A stretch of DNA of 63,037 nt, the filler included, from Octopus bimaculoides (Eukaryota), in the NCBI RefSeq assembly GCF_001194135.2. It is 7 parts of 7 records of this genome, joined end to end, with 100 filler letters (N's around TTAATTAATTAA, not from the genome) between each part and the next. Parts side by side here need not be neighbours in the genome. Positions count along the whole stretch, not along the records: positions 51,230 to 55,300 come from NC_068982.1; positions 55,401 to 57,253 come from NW_026402003.1; positions 57,354 to 63,037 come from NW_026423038.1; 4 more parts are not named here. One strand, written 5' to 3'. A program made the position numbers and the translations under genes. Below the pieces are notes generated by a model. That model was not told the origin of the DNA and did not search any database. It worked only from the letters and a program-made list of their open reading frames with translations. This document shows positions 51,507 through 62,985 of this stretch, in pieces (the first letter of the stretch is position 1; every line of letters starts with the position of its first letter).

Positions 51507-51859
51507 ATGTCCTATTATAGGCGTCTCTGCATTTCAAAGTATATATGTATGTGTGTGTGTGTGTGTGTATGTATATTTAATTTCTAAAGTCACAAGGCTT
51601 CATATTTTAGGGTGGAATAAATCAAGTATATTGACCAGCACTTATTTATTAACCTCAGAAGAATGAAACCAAAATTGAACTTAGTGCTACTAAACTTTGC
51701 AAGGCATTTTTTCTGTACATCTATTGTCAATTGTTTCATCAGAAACCTTTTCATATGTAGATATATCTCTTCTTCTTACTCTTGTGGACATTGACTCTTA
51801 ACTTGAGAGCACAAAGTCTTTCATTGGAGTTTTCATGGTTATGGTCTTAGACCAACTGC

Positions 51860-52103
51860 ATGGTCTGCCAGCTCATATGTAGGATGTTTTTATGAGACAC
51901 CACTTTTGTGGATGGCCATTGGCTCTCAACAAGCTCATCCATCCTTTGACAAGTGTTGCTCATAGTCCTGTAGAGTGTCCGCAAACCCTCCTCGTTTGGC
52001 AAGCCAGGTGAGGGAGGTCGGGGTTGTCATCGATCACCTGTCCATGAAGCAGGTCGTACTAGATTACATGGTAGCAGGATTTTTCTGATCTGACCTGGGA
52101 TAT
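51860..52103 (-). repeat. Same unclassified repeat, minus-strand copy
   Basis: Homologous to 48340-48535; forms an inverted repeat with 52553-52661. Confidence 0.65.
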
Positions 52104-52258
52104 TGAGTGGAGCAATTTACATTTAGGAATATTTTGTGTACCAGTATTTCTTGAATCTAAGAAAAATCTTTACTGCTATCTGAGAAAAAGATTTATTACT
52201 AGAAAAAAAAAACAGAATGTATATGAATGTTAAACAGAAGTTAATATTCCATATTGTG

Positions 52259-52465
52259 CATCATCATCATCAAAATCATTTAACATCCATTGTCCATGCT
52301 GGCATGGGTTGGATGGTTTGACCAGCACTGGTAAGCTGGAGAGCTGCACCAGGCTCCAGTCTGATTTGTCATGGTTTCTATGGCTAACCACTTTACAAAG
52401 TGTGCTGGGTGCTTTTATGTGGCACCAGAGGAGTGCATCTACATTGCACTGGCATGAGTGCTGTT
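52259..52465 (-). mobile_element. RTE-type 3' tail in RMND5 intron
   Basis: catttaacatcc..ttgtccatgctggcatgggttgg...ccaggctccagtctgattt. Confidence 0.7.
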
Positions 52466-52770
52466 TTACAAGGCACCAGCACAGCAAAATCATTTTATTA
52501 GCGTCTTCTTGAAAATTTGTTAGTTTCAGTTGTTGATATGGTCTGCCAGCTCATATCCCAGGTTAGTTCAGGAAAATCCTGCTACCATGTAATCCAGTAT
52601 TACCTGCTTCATGGACAGGTGGTCGATGACCAACCCCAACCTCCCTCACCTGGCTTGCCAAGAAAAGTTTTACTATTTGAACTACTTGTATCGGCTACAA
52701 CTAGGAAGCTTATCAAGTATTTCATATTTATTTTAATATTGACAGATATCAATATTATTTTTAACATTAA

Positions 52771-52979
52771 GGTAGCGAGCTGACAGAATCGTTAGCAGGC
52801 TGGGCAAAATGCTTAGTGGCATTTTGTCTATCTTTACATTCTGAGTTCAAATTCTACTGAGGTTAACTTTGCCTTTTATCCTTTTGGAGGTCAATAAAAT
52901 AAGTACCAGCACTGGTATTGATGTAATCAACTTATCCCCTCCTCTGAAATTGGTAGCCTTGTGCCAGAATTTGAGACCA
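52771..52979 (+). mobile_element. SINE family A in RMND5 intron
   Basis: ggtagcgagctgacagaatcgttagc...gagttcaaatt...ataagtaccag...gatgtaatc. Confidence 0.85.
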
Positions 52980-53580
52980 GTATTAATACTAGCACTAACT
53001 GTATTATATTTATCCTAACATCATAAATTGAAATGTTAAACAACCCATTATGTTGTGCTCATAGCAAGATTTGCTCAGATTGCTGACTCACAAAAGATAG
53101 TTAGTGGTACATATAAAATAGTATTAGAAAGTAGTTTTAAAGAAAAGAAAAGTTTTACTACTTGAACTGCTTGTATCAAATTCTGAGTTCTGTAGTAATC
53201 TACTCACTCAGTAAGGAAGGCTACAACTAGGAAGCTTACCAAATAAGTTTTGACCAGCTCTGGTAAATTCAATTGTGTTAGTTACCAAAGAATCTGGTTA
53301 CATTTTACTTTAAGCAGGTTTTGTAAAGGAAAGTAATTTGGTAAATTTTGTTGTATTTGGTTAGCAAAATTCTTGATGCAAACTCGTGTGTTGAAACCTA
53401 TTTTGTTGTATTTTGGGAGAGTTCAAAAGATTTGAGCAGATTATCCAGCCACAAAATGGAACAAAAATAAAATTATTCTAAAAAAAATACTTAACTTTAA
53501 AAATTAAATTTTCTGTGTGATAAAATATGATTGAAAATGAAAATGTTTCTGTTTACATTTTTTACTTCTTTTCTTTTTAG

Positions 53581-53746
53581 ATCTACAGGTTTTAATGGGA
53601 AGTCTGTTGTATCTACACCAAGATATTGAAAAGTCACCTTATGCATATTTATTTGAACCTATTTATTGGGCAGAAATTTGTGATGTTTTCACGCGTGATG
53701 CCTGTTCATTAATGGGATTGTCAGTTGAAAGTCCCCTTACAGTCAG
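53581..53746 (+). CDS. RMND5: Internal coding exon of RMND5 (RMND5A/B, GID2; RING subunit of the CTLH/GID E3 ubiquitin ligase)
   Basis: Polypyrimidine tract ...tttacttcttttctttttAG at 53580 and donor CAG|GTAAAA at 53747. Reading from 53583 gives [54 protein letters not shown](S), colinear with vertebrate RMND5A as I recall it ([55 protein letters not shown]). Phase 1 in, phase 2 out. Absent from the ORF track. Confidence 0.93.
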
Positions 53747-54094
53747 GTAAAAAAAAATCTTTGAAAGCAAATTTTATTTTTGTTATCATTTACCATAATA
53801 AACATAATTGTGATCATTTGTAACATAGTAAGAGTTGTCTAATTAGCAGAGGAAGGGGTGAAAGGCTGAATTACATACATAAAAAAATCAATTAAAAAAA
53901 AATATAATTAATTAGATAGATGGTCATGCCTGTGGCCTTCAGGCTATTCTGGGATTGATGAAACTGATGCAGTTGATGTCCTATCTTTAACATTTCTAAG
54001 TCGACAGTTACAGGAAAAAACAGATTGGAGCTAAAATGTTGAAACTGAACAGGAAGTAAAAAGGCATTTTTTTTCCCTGTTAAATTCAGGAATG

Positions 54095-54390
54095 GTTGTA
54101 GCTGCGGTTGTGTTGTTGAAAAGCTTGCTGGACCAACCAAAACTTTGTGAGTGGTTTTGGTAGATAGTAAGTGAAAGGAGTCTGTTTGTCTGTGTGTGTG
54201 TACTCTTGTCTTGATATTACATGATGGCTGTAAACAAGCATCCCCATCATACAAGTGATGTTTATTTCCAGTGAAATATTATCTTGCTTAGAAACAGGTG
54301 AGTGTTGATGGCAGAAAGGGCATTCAGCTGTTGAAAATCTGCCTCAACAAATTCTATATAATCCATGCAAACATGGAAAAGAAAACGTTA
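54095..54390 (+). mobile_element. Composite decayed SINE (family C-like head, RTE-type tail)
   Basis: ttgtgagtggttttggtagat...aagggcattcagctgt...ccatgc..acatggaaaag..acgtt. Confidence 0.55.
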
Positions 54391-54591
54391 ATAGCAGCTG
54401 AGGAATGGATGGAAGACATAGGTTTAAGTTAAATGTTATTTTGAAGAAGAGAAATAAAATCTAGAAAGTAACAGACCACTCTACTGTAATAGGGAATAGT
54501 TGCAAGTGTTTGTGGGAGAATGCAAGAATTGTGTAAATAAACATGCATTTATGTATAGGGAAGATAAAGGAAAGATGTTAGAGAATATGAT

Positions 54592-54784
54592 TTAACCCAT
54601 TAGCATTTAAACTGGCCTTATTCAGTCAGATCTAGCATCTCACAGCTATTCTACAATGTCATTCTAAAAATAAGCAATACATCCTCAAACTCTCAAAGCT
54701 ATGAGATAATGCATGATTACTTCAAGCCAATGTGAATAATTAAGCATTACATTTGACAGAGTAATCTGAATGCTAAAGGGTTAA
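54592..54784. mobile_element. TTAA-flanked (piggyBac-type) MITE in RMND5 intron
   Basis: TTAA|CCCATTAGCATT...AATGCTAAAGGG|TTAA; 185-bp body with terminal inverted repeats and TTAA target duplication. Confidence 0.85.
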
Positions 54785-55174
54785 GAAACCAATTAGGTAA
54801 AAATTGATGTAATATTTGTGAAGGGTTTGTCGATGTGCTAATTCAATAAGGATTGTTGAACCAAATGTGATTGTGACATGAGCGGGTGACAAATGATGAG
54901 CAGGTTAATGTGTGTTTACATTCCACATTCTCCATGAAAACATTTAGCAAAAAAGAAAAAATTGTATTGTTATACCTTTTCAATAAATCATGATTCTAGC
55001 TCTGTGCTTTTGAAGATGAGTGAAATGAAGTATACTTTAATTGAAAGACAAAGGTTAGCTACAAGAAAGACACCAGCTGTAAAACAATGTCTCAATATGT
55101 TTATTCAATGTATGCTAGTGTGGAAAAGTGGCCGTAAAATAAGTAAATGACTGATATGCACTCATTCATGATCA

Positions 55175-55233
<59 letters not shown>

Positions 55234-55239
55234 GTATGT

Positions 55240-55280
<41 letters not shown>

Positions 55281-55300
55281 TACATACATATATATATATA

Positions 55301-55400
55301 NNNNNNNNNNNNNNNNNNNNNNNNNNNNNNNNNNNNNNNNNNNNTTAATTAATTAANNNNNNNNNNNNNNNNNNNNNNNNNNNNNNNNNNNNNNNNNNNN
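55301..55400. other. Assembly scaffold linker
   Basis: 44N-TTAATTAATTAA-44N. Confidence 0.95.
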
Positions 55401-55876
55401 GGGTCAAATGCTTCTTTTGGCTGTCTCCACACGTATAATCGGCCGGTGGTTTCAAATAAGGTAAAGGATGACTCGTCCAAGAAAATAACATTCTAGGGAC
55501 CAATTCTGAAAGTTTTGGTCTTTTTCCGGAGTTTTGCTTCGACGAGGAGGTTTTTCCCTTTTTTCAAAGGCTGTCATTACTTTCGATACAATGCCTCTTG
55601 ATACACCAAACATTTCGGCTGTTTTCGTTACACTATCGCCTGCCATACGAGCACCAACAATTTGACTTCTTTGAAAGTCCGACAGGTCTGTCATTTTAAT
55701 GAATTTTAATTACGTTTTTCTGATGATATCTGAAAAGAAACAGCAATTTTAGCAAAACATATTAAGCAACACTAATAATAAATCAGAAAACATAAAAATA
55801 AACAATCTTTTGACGGTTTTATAGTTATTTCAAAATTAGAATGTTATGATGTTTCCATTATTTTGTCCAGCCCCTG
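55401..55876 (-). mobile_element. Tc1-like transposon 5' fragment
   Basis: Left TIR CAGGGGCTGGACAAAATAATGGAAAC starting at 55876 (minus strand); ORF from 55694 MTDLSDFQRSQIVGARMAGDSVTKTAEMFGVSRGIVSKVMTAF is a typical Tc1 paired-like HTH; cut by gaps on both sides. Confidence 0.88.
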
Positions 55877-57253
55877 NNNNNNNNNNNNNNNNNNNNNNNN
55901 NNNNNNNNNNNNNNNNNNNNNNNNNNNNNNNNNNNNNNNNNNNNNNNNNNNNNNNNNNNNNNNNNNNNNNNNNNNNNNNNNNNNNNNNNNNNNNNNNNNN
56001 NNNNNNNNNNNNNNNNNNNNNNNNNNNNNNNNNNNNNNNNNNNNNNNNNNNNNNNNNNNNNNNNNNNNNNNNNNNNNNNNNNNNNNNNNNNNNNNNNNNN
56101 NNNNNNNNNNNNNNNNNNNNNNNNNNNNNNNNNNNNNNNNNNNNNNNNNNNNNNNNNNNNNNNNNNNNNNNNNNNNNNNNNNNNNNNNNNNNNNNNNNNN
56201 NNNNNNNNNNNNNNNNNNNNNNNNNNNNNNNNNNNNNNNNNNNNNNNNNNNNNNNNNNNNNNNNNNNNNNNNNNNNNNNNNNNNNNNNNNNNNNNNNNNN
56301 NNNNNNNNNNNNNNNNNNNNNNNNNNNNNNNNNNNNNNNNNNNNNNNNNNNNNNNNNNNNNNNNNNNNNNNNNNNNNNNNNNNNNNNNNNNNNNNNNNNN
56401 NNNNNNNNNNNNNNNNNNNNNNNNNNNNNNNNNNNNNNNNNNNNNNNNNNNNNNNNNNNNNNNNNNNNNNNNNNNNNNNNNNNNNNNNNNNNNNNNNNNN
56501 NNNNNNNNNNNNNNNNNNNNNNNNNNNNNNNNNNNNNNNNNNNNNNNNNNNNNNNNNNNNNNNNNNNNNNNNNNNNNNNNNNNNNNNNNNNNNNNNNNNN
56601 NNNNNNNNNNNNNNNNNNNNNNNNNNNNNNNNNNNNNNNNNNNNNNNNNNNNNNNNNNNNNNNNNNNNNNNNNNNNNNNNNNNNNNNNNNNNNNNNNNNN
56701 NNNNNNNNNNNNNNNNNGGTTGGTGGTGACAGAGATAGATGGCGGTAGTGGTAGTAATGATGTCGATGTCAGCGGTGTAAATGGTGGTGATCGTGGTAGG
56801 GATAGTGGTGATAAAGGTGGTGTTGGTGGTGCTGCTGGTGGTAAGGTATGATGGCGATGGTGGTGGTAGAGGATTTAAGTCTTGTTGTGGCTATCGTTGT
56901 TGATAAGCATTGGTGCCGGAGGGGATCACAGAACTTAATCGTTTAATCCAAATTATAATGTGTTTTACATTAACATCATTTCCACTGAGCTTTTGCTGCT
57001 GCTACTGCTGCTGCTGCTGCGTTCACTTAAAGAGACGGGATTTCCTTCAACAATGTAGATAATATATGCACGCACACAGATCCGTACACACACACACACA
57101 TACATACGAGCGCACTCACATACACGCACTTACAAACACATGCACGCATACATATATACATACACATTCTGTTCTCTCCCGTATTGTCTGTCATTTTCTG
57201 TCCACATGTTCCCCCCTCTCTCTGTCCCTCCCATACATACTTACATTCTTTCT

Positions 57254-57353
57254 NNNNNNNNNNNNNNNNNNNNNNNNNNNNNNNNNNNNNNNNNNNNTTA
57301 ATTAATTAANNNNNNNNNNNNNNNNNNNNNNNNNNNNNNNNNNNNNNNNNNNN
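57254..57353. other. Assembly scaffold linker
   Basis: 44N-TTAATTAATTAA-44N. Confidence 0.95.
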
Positions 57354-59480
57354 GTGTATACGCGCGTGTGTGCACGGGTGTATTCGTGTTAAGTGTTTAA
57401 TAGGCAGGTTTGTGTGTACACATGAATGTTTACGTAGTGTTCATTAGCGTAGATGCGCGTTCATTTCTCTTTGTTTCCTTCATCCACTTCTACAGTTCCA
57501 GCTTTTGACTAAATGCAAGCATTTTCACGCTGTTTGTATATGAAGGAGACATAGGTGTGTGCAGTAAGGTTTTGAATCTGGAATGAGGTCAACGTGTCAC
57601 CTGATACGATGTGTTATCACGTGTTCGTACGTAGGAGGATATGCAGTTGAAATATTTCTAAGCGTCCGAACACACAAGCAGAGGGACACAAGGAAAGCAT
57701 CTTGCTATATAATTACAAAATAGCTTTCAGGAATATATATATATATATNNNNNNNNNNNNNNNNNNNNNNNNNNNNNNNNNNNNNNNNNNNNNNNNNNNN
57801 NNNNNNNNNNNNNNNNNNNNNNNNNNNNNNNNNNNNNNNNNNNNNNNNNNNNNNNNNNNNNNNNNNNNNNNNNNNNNNNNNNNNNNNNNNNNNNNNNNNN
57901 NNNNNNNNNNNNNNNNNNNNNNNNNNNNNNNNNNNNNNNNNNNNNNNNNNNNNNNNNNNNNNNNNNNNNNNNNNNNNNNNNNNNNNNNNNNNNNNNNNNN
58001 NNNNNNNNNNNNNNNNNNNNNNNNNNNNNNNNNNNNNNNNNNNNNNNNNNNNNNNNNNNNNNNNNNNNNNNNNNNNNNNNNNNNNNNNNNNNNNNNNNNN
58101 NNNNNNNNNNNNNNNNNNNNNNNNNNNNNNNNNNNNNNNNNNNNNNNNNNNNNNNNNNNNNNNNNNNNNNNNNNNNNNNNNNNNNNNNNNNNNNNNNNNN
58201 NNNNNNNNNNNNNNNNNNNNNNNNNNNNNNNNNNNNNNNNNNNNNNNNNNNNNNNNNNNNNNNNNNNNNNNNNNNNNNNNNNNNNNNNNNNNNNNNNNNN
58301 NNNNNNNNNNNNNNNNNNNNNNNNNNNNNNNNNNNNNNNNNNNNNNNNNNNNNNNNNNNNNNNNNNNNNNNNNNNNNNNNNNNNNNNNNNNNNNNNNNNN
58401 NNNNNNNNNNNNNNNNNNNNNNNNNNNNNNNNNNNNNNNNNNNNNNNNNNNNNNNNNNNNNNNNNNNNNNNNNNNNNNNNNNNNNNNNNNNNNNNNNNNN
58501 NNNNNNNNNNNNNNNNNNNNNNNNNNNNNNNNNNNNNNNNNNNNNNNNNNNNNNNNNNNNNNNNNNNNNNNNNNNNNNNNNNNNNNNNNNNNNNNNNNNN
58601 NNNNNNNNNNNNNNNNNNNNNNNNNNNNNNNNNNNNNNNNNNNNNNNNNNNNNNNNNNNNNNNNNNNNNNNNNNNNNNNNNNNNNNNNNNNNNNNNNNNN
58701 NNNNNNNNNNNNNNNNNNNNNNNNNNNNNNATATATGTATACATATATATATATATATATTATACATATATATATATACATACATATATATCTACATATA
58801 TATAAACATATATATGCATACATATATTTATGTATATATATATATGTGTGTATTTATATGTATGTATGTATGTATGTATGTATTCATGTACGCATATGTC
58901 TATATATATATGTGCATATACATGTACATATATTTATATATCCTTACGTGCTAGTGCGTCTTTGTGACTGTGTGAGTTTCTTTGTGTGTGTATTTCTCCA
59001 ATGTATATCGCGTACGATGTAAAATTTGGTTCTATTTGTGGCAAAGTTAGAAGCACTGTTCCTCTTTTTCTCGTAAGAATGACAATACGTAATATAGACG
59101 AAAATATTGTTTGTTTAATATAAGTAGCACTCACTTCCATTTTTCCTTGCATTTTGTAGCACGAATTATTTGATAGACATAATATAATTAACTTTGACTA
59201 ATTCTAGCCTAATACCTACACAAAGTAACAGTAATCAGGTGTCGTTTATTTGATTATAAATGCGTTATGGTTTCTGTTTTCAGATCTAATCAGTCGTTAA
59301 AATAGTTTAGTCACTTACTGTTTTCTTTCTGAACACATAAGATAATAAACTAACATGTTTACTTCGATTTTAGTGGTTTAAGAATTTCTCCTTAACATCA
59401 CATAGCCCACGACATTGTGTTTGCATAATTACGTGCCTTTTAATGTTCGTGTCTCCAATCGAAAGCGAGAAAGAAAGAGA

Positions 59481-59526
<46 letters not shown>

Positions 59527-59680
59527 CAGAGACAGATAGATAGACAGATTGAGACAGAAACAGAGAAAGTGAGAGATACAGCAATAGAGATAATGAGAGC
59601 CAAGGAGATGAGTGAGATAGAAGATGACAGAGTGAAGTAATGTGTGGGTGTATTGGAGAAATTCTCTGTGTGTGTGCATG

Positions 59681-59724
<44 letters not shown>

Positions 59725-60971
59725 GTCCGTGTGCATAATCTATAAGCAATAGGTTTTTTTATTCACTTACTGGCAGGTAAATGTATCACCCAATTTCATT
59801 CTGGCAAAATTTCAAGACATTAATAATTATTTCGAAGTTTTACGACGCTTATACTAAATATTTTATATATTTATTATTATCGGTGGAAATATTTGCCATA
59901 ACCAACACAGTGACAGTATTGTTCAAATGCAATTTCAAATTACTCTCATATTATTGTTCACGCGGTTGGTGTTGATTTTATGCGCCGATGATCAACTAGA
60001 CGTGCCACTCCAATGAACTTGTAAATACGGAAAAACATCTTCCAATGACGTATTTCATATCATGAAGAAGCATGTTTGGCAGGATACACTGAGTTCGAAG
60101 TGACAAGTAGAAGCTCCTTCGTTCAGGTAGAAGCTCTTTTGTTTAGAAACTATCCTATTTGTAGTATTTATTTAGCAAGAAATGGCTAACAAAATCTGCG
60201 TATTATAATATGTACCACTAAAATTCAGTTTTCTTTATTTTTAATAAAATAAACAACTATTAAAACATCAAAAGCCAACAATTTGATTCGACTTATATAC
60301 CTCATAGATATTGAGTTAGGCTCTAATAACGGATATCGACACCTTACTAGTATTTTAGAAGTTATTTAAATATTTAGGTTATAGTGTTGACAGCCATAGG
60401 CTTATGTTCAGATTATTTACAGAATTCTCCCTACGATAAATTAGGTAAGCAAAATTTTTTTTTATTAGGTTTCTAATCATATTTATTACGGAAATAAACC
60501 CCCACCCCCCACCCCCCGATAAGCAATAATTATAGAACATTGTTATTAGTTACTTTCAACAATAGTTTTTATATGAATAAATCTACATAAATTGAAGTTA
60601 TTATGTATTAAATATATTATTATCATTTATATTTTTCATCACGTTTTATTACAGTTCTAAATGAAGCAACACCCTGATAATTATATACACATATATATTC
60701 TTGTTGTATGTTATAATAGTGAAAGATTCTCTTAGACATAGACGAGTTTGGGTTAATACTATTTGAGATATATAGAAATATATTTCGATTGTTGTAGATT
60801 GCACATACCTAATTATTTAGTCCGTTAAATTTTTTGTTGTTGTTGCTTTTCTAATGTAATTGATATTTTATTGAATAGTTAACGCTCACGCACGTAATAC
60901 GTAGGCATTTGAATTAATTTTTTACAATCAAGCAGTCCTTCCGCACGGAATTTCTTCTATCTTTAAATTCT

Positions 60972-61048
60972 GGCGCTGACGAGATTTATATATAAGGGAA
61001 TTTCTTATATATAAAAAAATGTATATATGTTGAAACAAATTGTTGGCC
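60972..61048 (+). ncRNA. Degenerate hammerhead-like motif
   Basis: GGCG-CTGACGA-GA-[12-bp hairpin TTTATATATAAG/CTTATATATAAA]...TT-GAA-ACAAATTGT-T-GGCC; closing pair of stem I mismatched. Confidence 0.35.
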
Positions 61049-61610
61049 TTTTGATGTTTCCAGTAGGTATTCTAGGTCTGTTATTGATCGGTTTATTCAA
61101 TCGGCCCATGGATTGCTACAAAAAATTTGAATGACTTAAAAATTAAATACTAATTTCGTCAGTCATATGACCGTTAGTTATGCCTTGTTTTGTATATGTA
61201 TATATATATCAGTGTGTGTGTGTATGTATTATGTATGTATGCGTGTGTGTGTGAGTAGATATGAGGGAGAGCGACAGACAGAGAGTGACATTCGTATATG
61301 AGTATGGCAGTGTGTGTGAGGCTTAGTGCATTGGTTATTAGTCTCAAAACCTTAAGGACTTCATTCGACTTGTGGATTTAGCGCCATGGTTTGTCCTTGA
61401 GTAACGTACCTTACTTCAAGTTCCTCTTGTCTACTTATCTGGAAGGGATTACAAGTCTAGTTCTGTTGCAGCTTTTCCTCTCTCCTCTGTCGCGTTTCAG
61501 GATGTCATGTGCAGGATATGGGGCGAGTGACTACACCTGTACATAGGCTTTTAAACATTTCAAGAAATCATCGTAGAAGCCATCGTAGTGACCAAAGCAC
61601 GCACACACAT

Positions 61611-61643
<33 letters not shown>

Positions 61644-61653
61644 TACACACACA

Positions 61654-61692
<39 letters not shown>

Positions 61693-62397
61693 NNNNNNNN
61701 NNNNNNNNNNNNNNNNNNNNNNNNNNNNNNNNNNNNNNNNNNNNNNNNNNNNNNNNNNNNNNNNNNNNNNNNNNNNNNNNNNNNNNNNNNNNNNNNNNNN
61801 NNNNNNNNNNNNNNNNNNNNNNNNNNNNNNNNNNNNNNNNNNNNNNNNNNNNNNNNNNNNNNNNNNNNNNNNNNNNNNNNNNNNNNNNNNNNNNNNNNNN
61901 NNNNNNNNNNNNNNNNNNNNNNNNNNNNNNNNNNNNNNNNNNNNNNNNNNNNNNNNNNNNNNNNNNNNNNNNNNNNNNNNNNNNNNNNNNNNNNNNNNNN
62001 NNNNNNNNNNNNNNNNNNNNNNNNNNNNNNNNNNNNNNNNNNNNNNNNNNNNNNNNNNNNNNNNNNNNNNNNNNNNNNNNNNNNNNNNNNNNNNNNNNNN
62101 NNNNNNNNNNNNNNNNNNNNNNNNNNNNNNNNNNNNNNNNNNNNNNNNNNNNNNNNNNNNNNNNNNNNNNNNNNNNNNNNNNNNNNNNNNNNNNNNNNNN
62201 NNNNNNNNNNNNNNNNNNNNNNNNNNNNNNNNNNNNNNNNNNNNNNNNNNNNNNNNNNNNNNNNNNNNNNNNNNNNNNNNNNNNNNNNNNNNNNNNNNNN
62301 NNNNNNNNNNNNNNNNNNNNNNNNNNNNNNNNNNNNNNNNNNNNNNNNNNNNNNNNNNNNNNNNNNNNNNNNNNNNNNNNNNNNNNNNNNNNNNNNN

Positions 62398-62784
62398 TAA
62401 GCAGTAGTGGAGCGATAAAGTTGTGACAATCCCAATAAGGGAATACACTACTGCCGTTTAGCCCTAGGAAGCTGGACCGCTTCCTGTCGGCCTTGACACA
62501 ATTACTGTGTCCTTAAATTTGCGAGGGGAGACAAGCTCCCCCACCCAGCCTAGCCAGCATTCAGGGACATGTTTCTGAGTCTTTGCTCGTCATCAGCCTC
62601 AAGTAGCTTGCCAGCTGGATAGAGAGGCCCGTTTCTCCTTCACAAACTTATGTAAATCATAGTGAAGTTCATTCACTGATCAGCAAAATTAGAAATATAA
62701 TATTTCTAAATCTCTCAGAGAGATTTAAGCAGTAGTGGAGCGATAAAGTTGTGACAATCCCAATAAGGGAATACACTACTGCCG
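62398..62784 (-). mobile_element. Retrozyme-like or PLE pseudo-LTR unit: 328-nt period with identical 59-bp direct repeats and an internal hammerhead
   Basis: 62398-62456 is identical to 62726-62784; at least six further hairpins lie in the unit; hammerhead at 62560-62602. Confidence 0.55.
62560..62602 (-). ncRNA. Minimal type I hammerhead ribozyme motif inside a 328-nt repeat unit
   Basis: Minus strand TTGAGG-CTGATGA-CGAG caaaga CTCA-GAA-ACATGT-C-CCTGAA; palindromic ACATGT stem III; C.A mismatch at the base of stem II (consistent with CpG decay of a C-G pair). Confidence 0.68.
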
Positions 62785-62829
62785 ATGAAGAGTAATAATA
62801 AATGGTGCAAAATGCATATAGTATTCTTC

Positions 62830-62985
62830 GAATTAGCTTCCTCGTTTCTCGTTTTGAGAAGCCTAATATCTCACGATTGGTACTTAGGCAGTGTGTTACA
62901 TATCCCAGGGCCCCAATAATTACCGGTATACACCTGAACTTGTACTCTAGAAAGAGTAACTGCAGATTTCTCAATATGTATGTAT
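62830..62985 (-). mobile_element. R4-like LINE C-terminal fragment
   Basis: LQLLFLEYKFRCIPVIIGALGYVTHCLSTNREILGFSKRETRKLIRR. Confidence 0.72.

Noticed and set aside
492-62448. Most ORF-track entries (poly-YI, HT, CV, poly-I/D/E/K/R/T and X-filled ORFs)
   Set aside because: They are translations of di- and trinucleotide repeats or read-through of N gaps, not genes.
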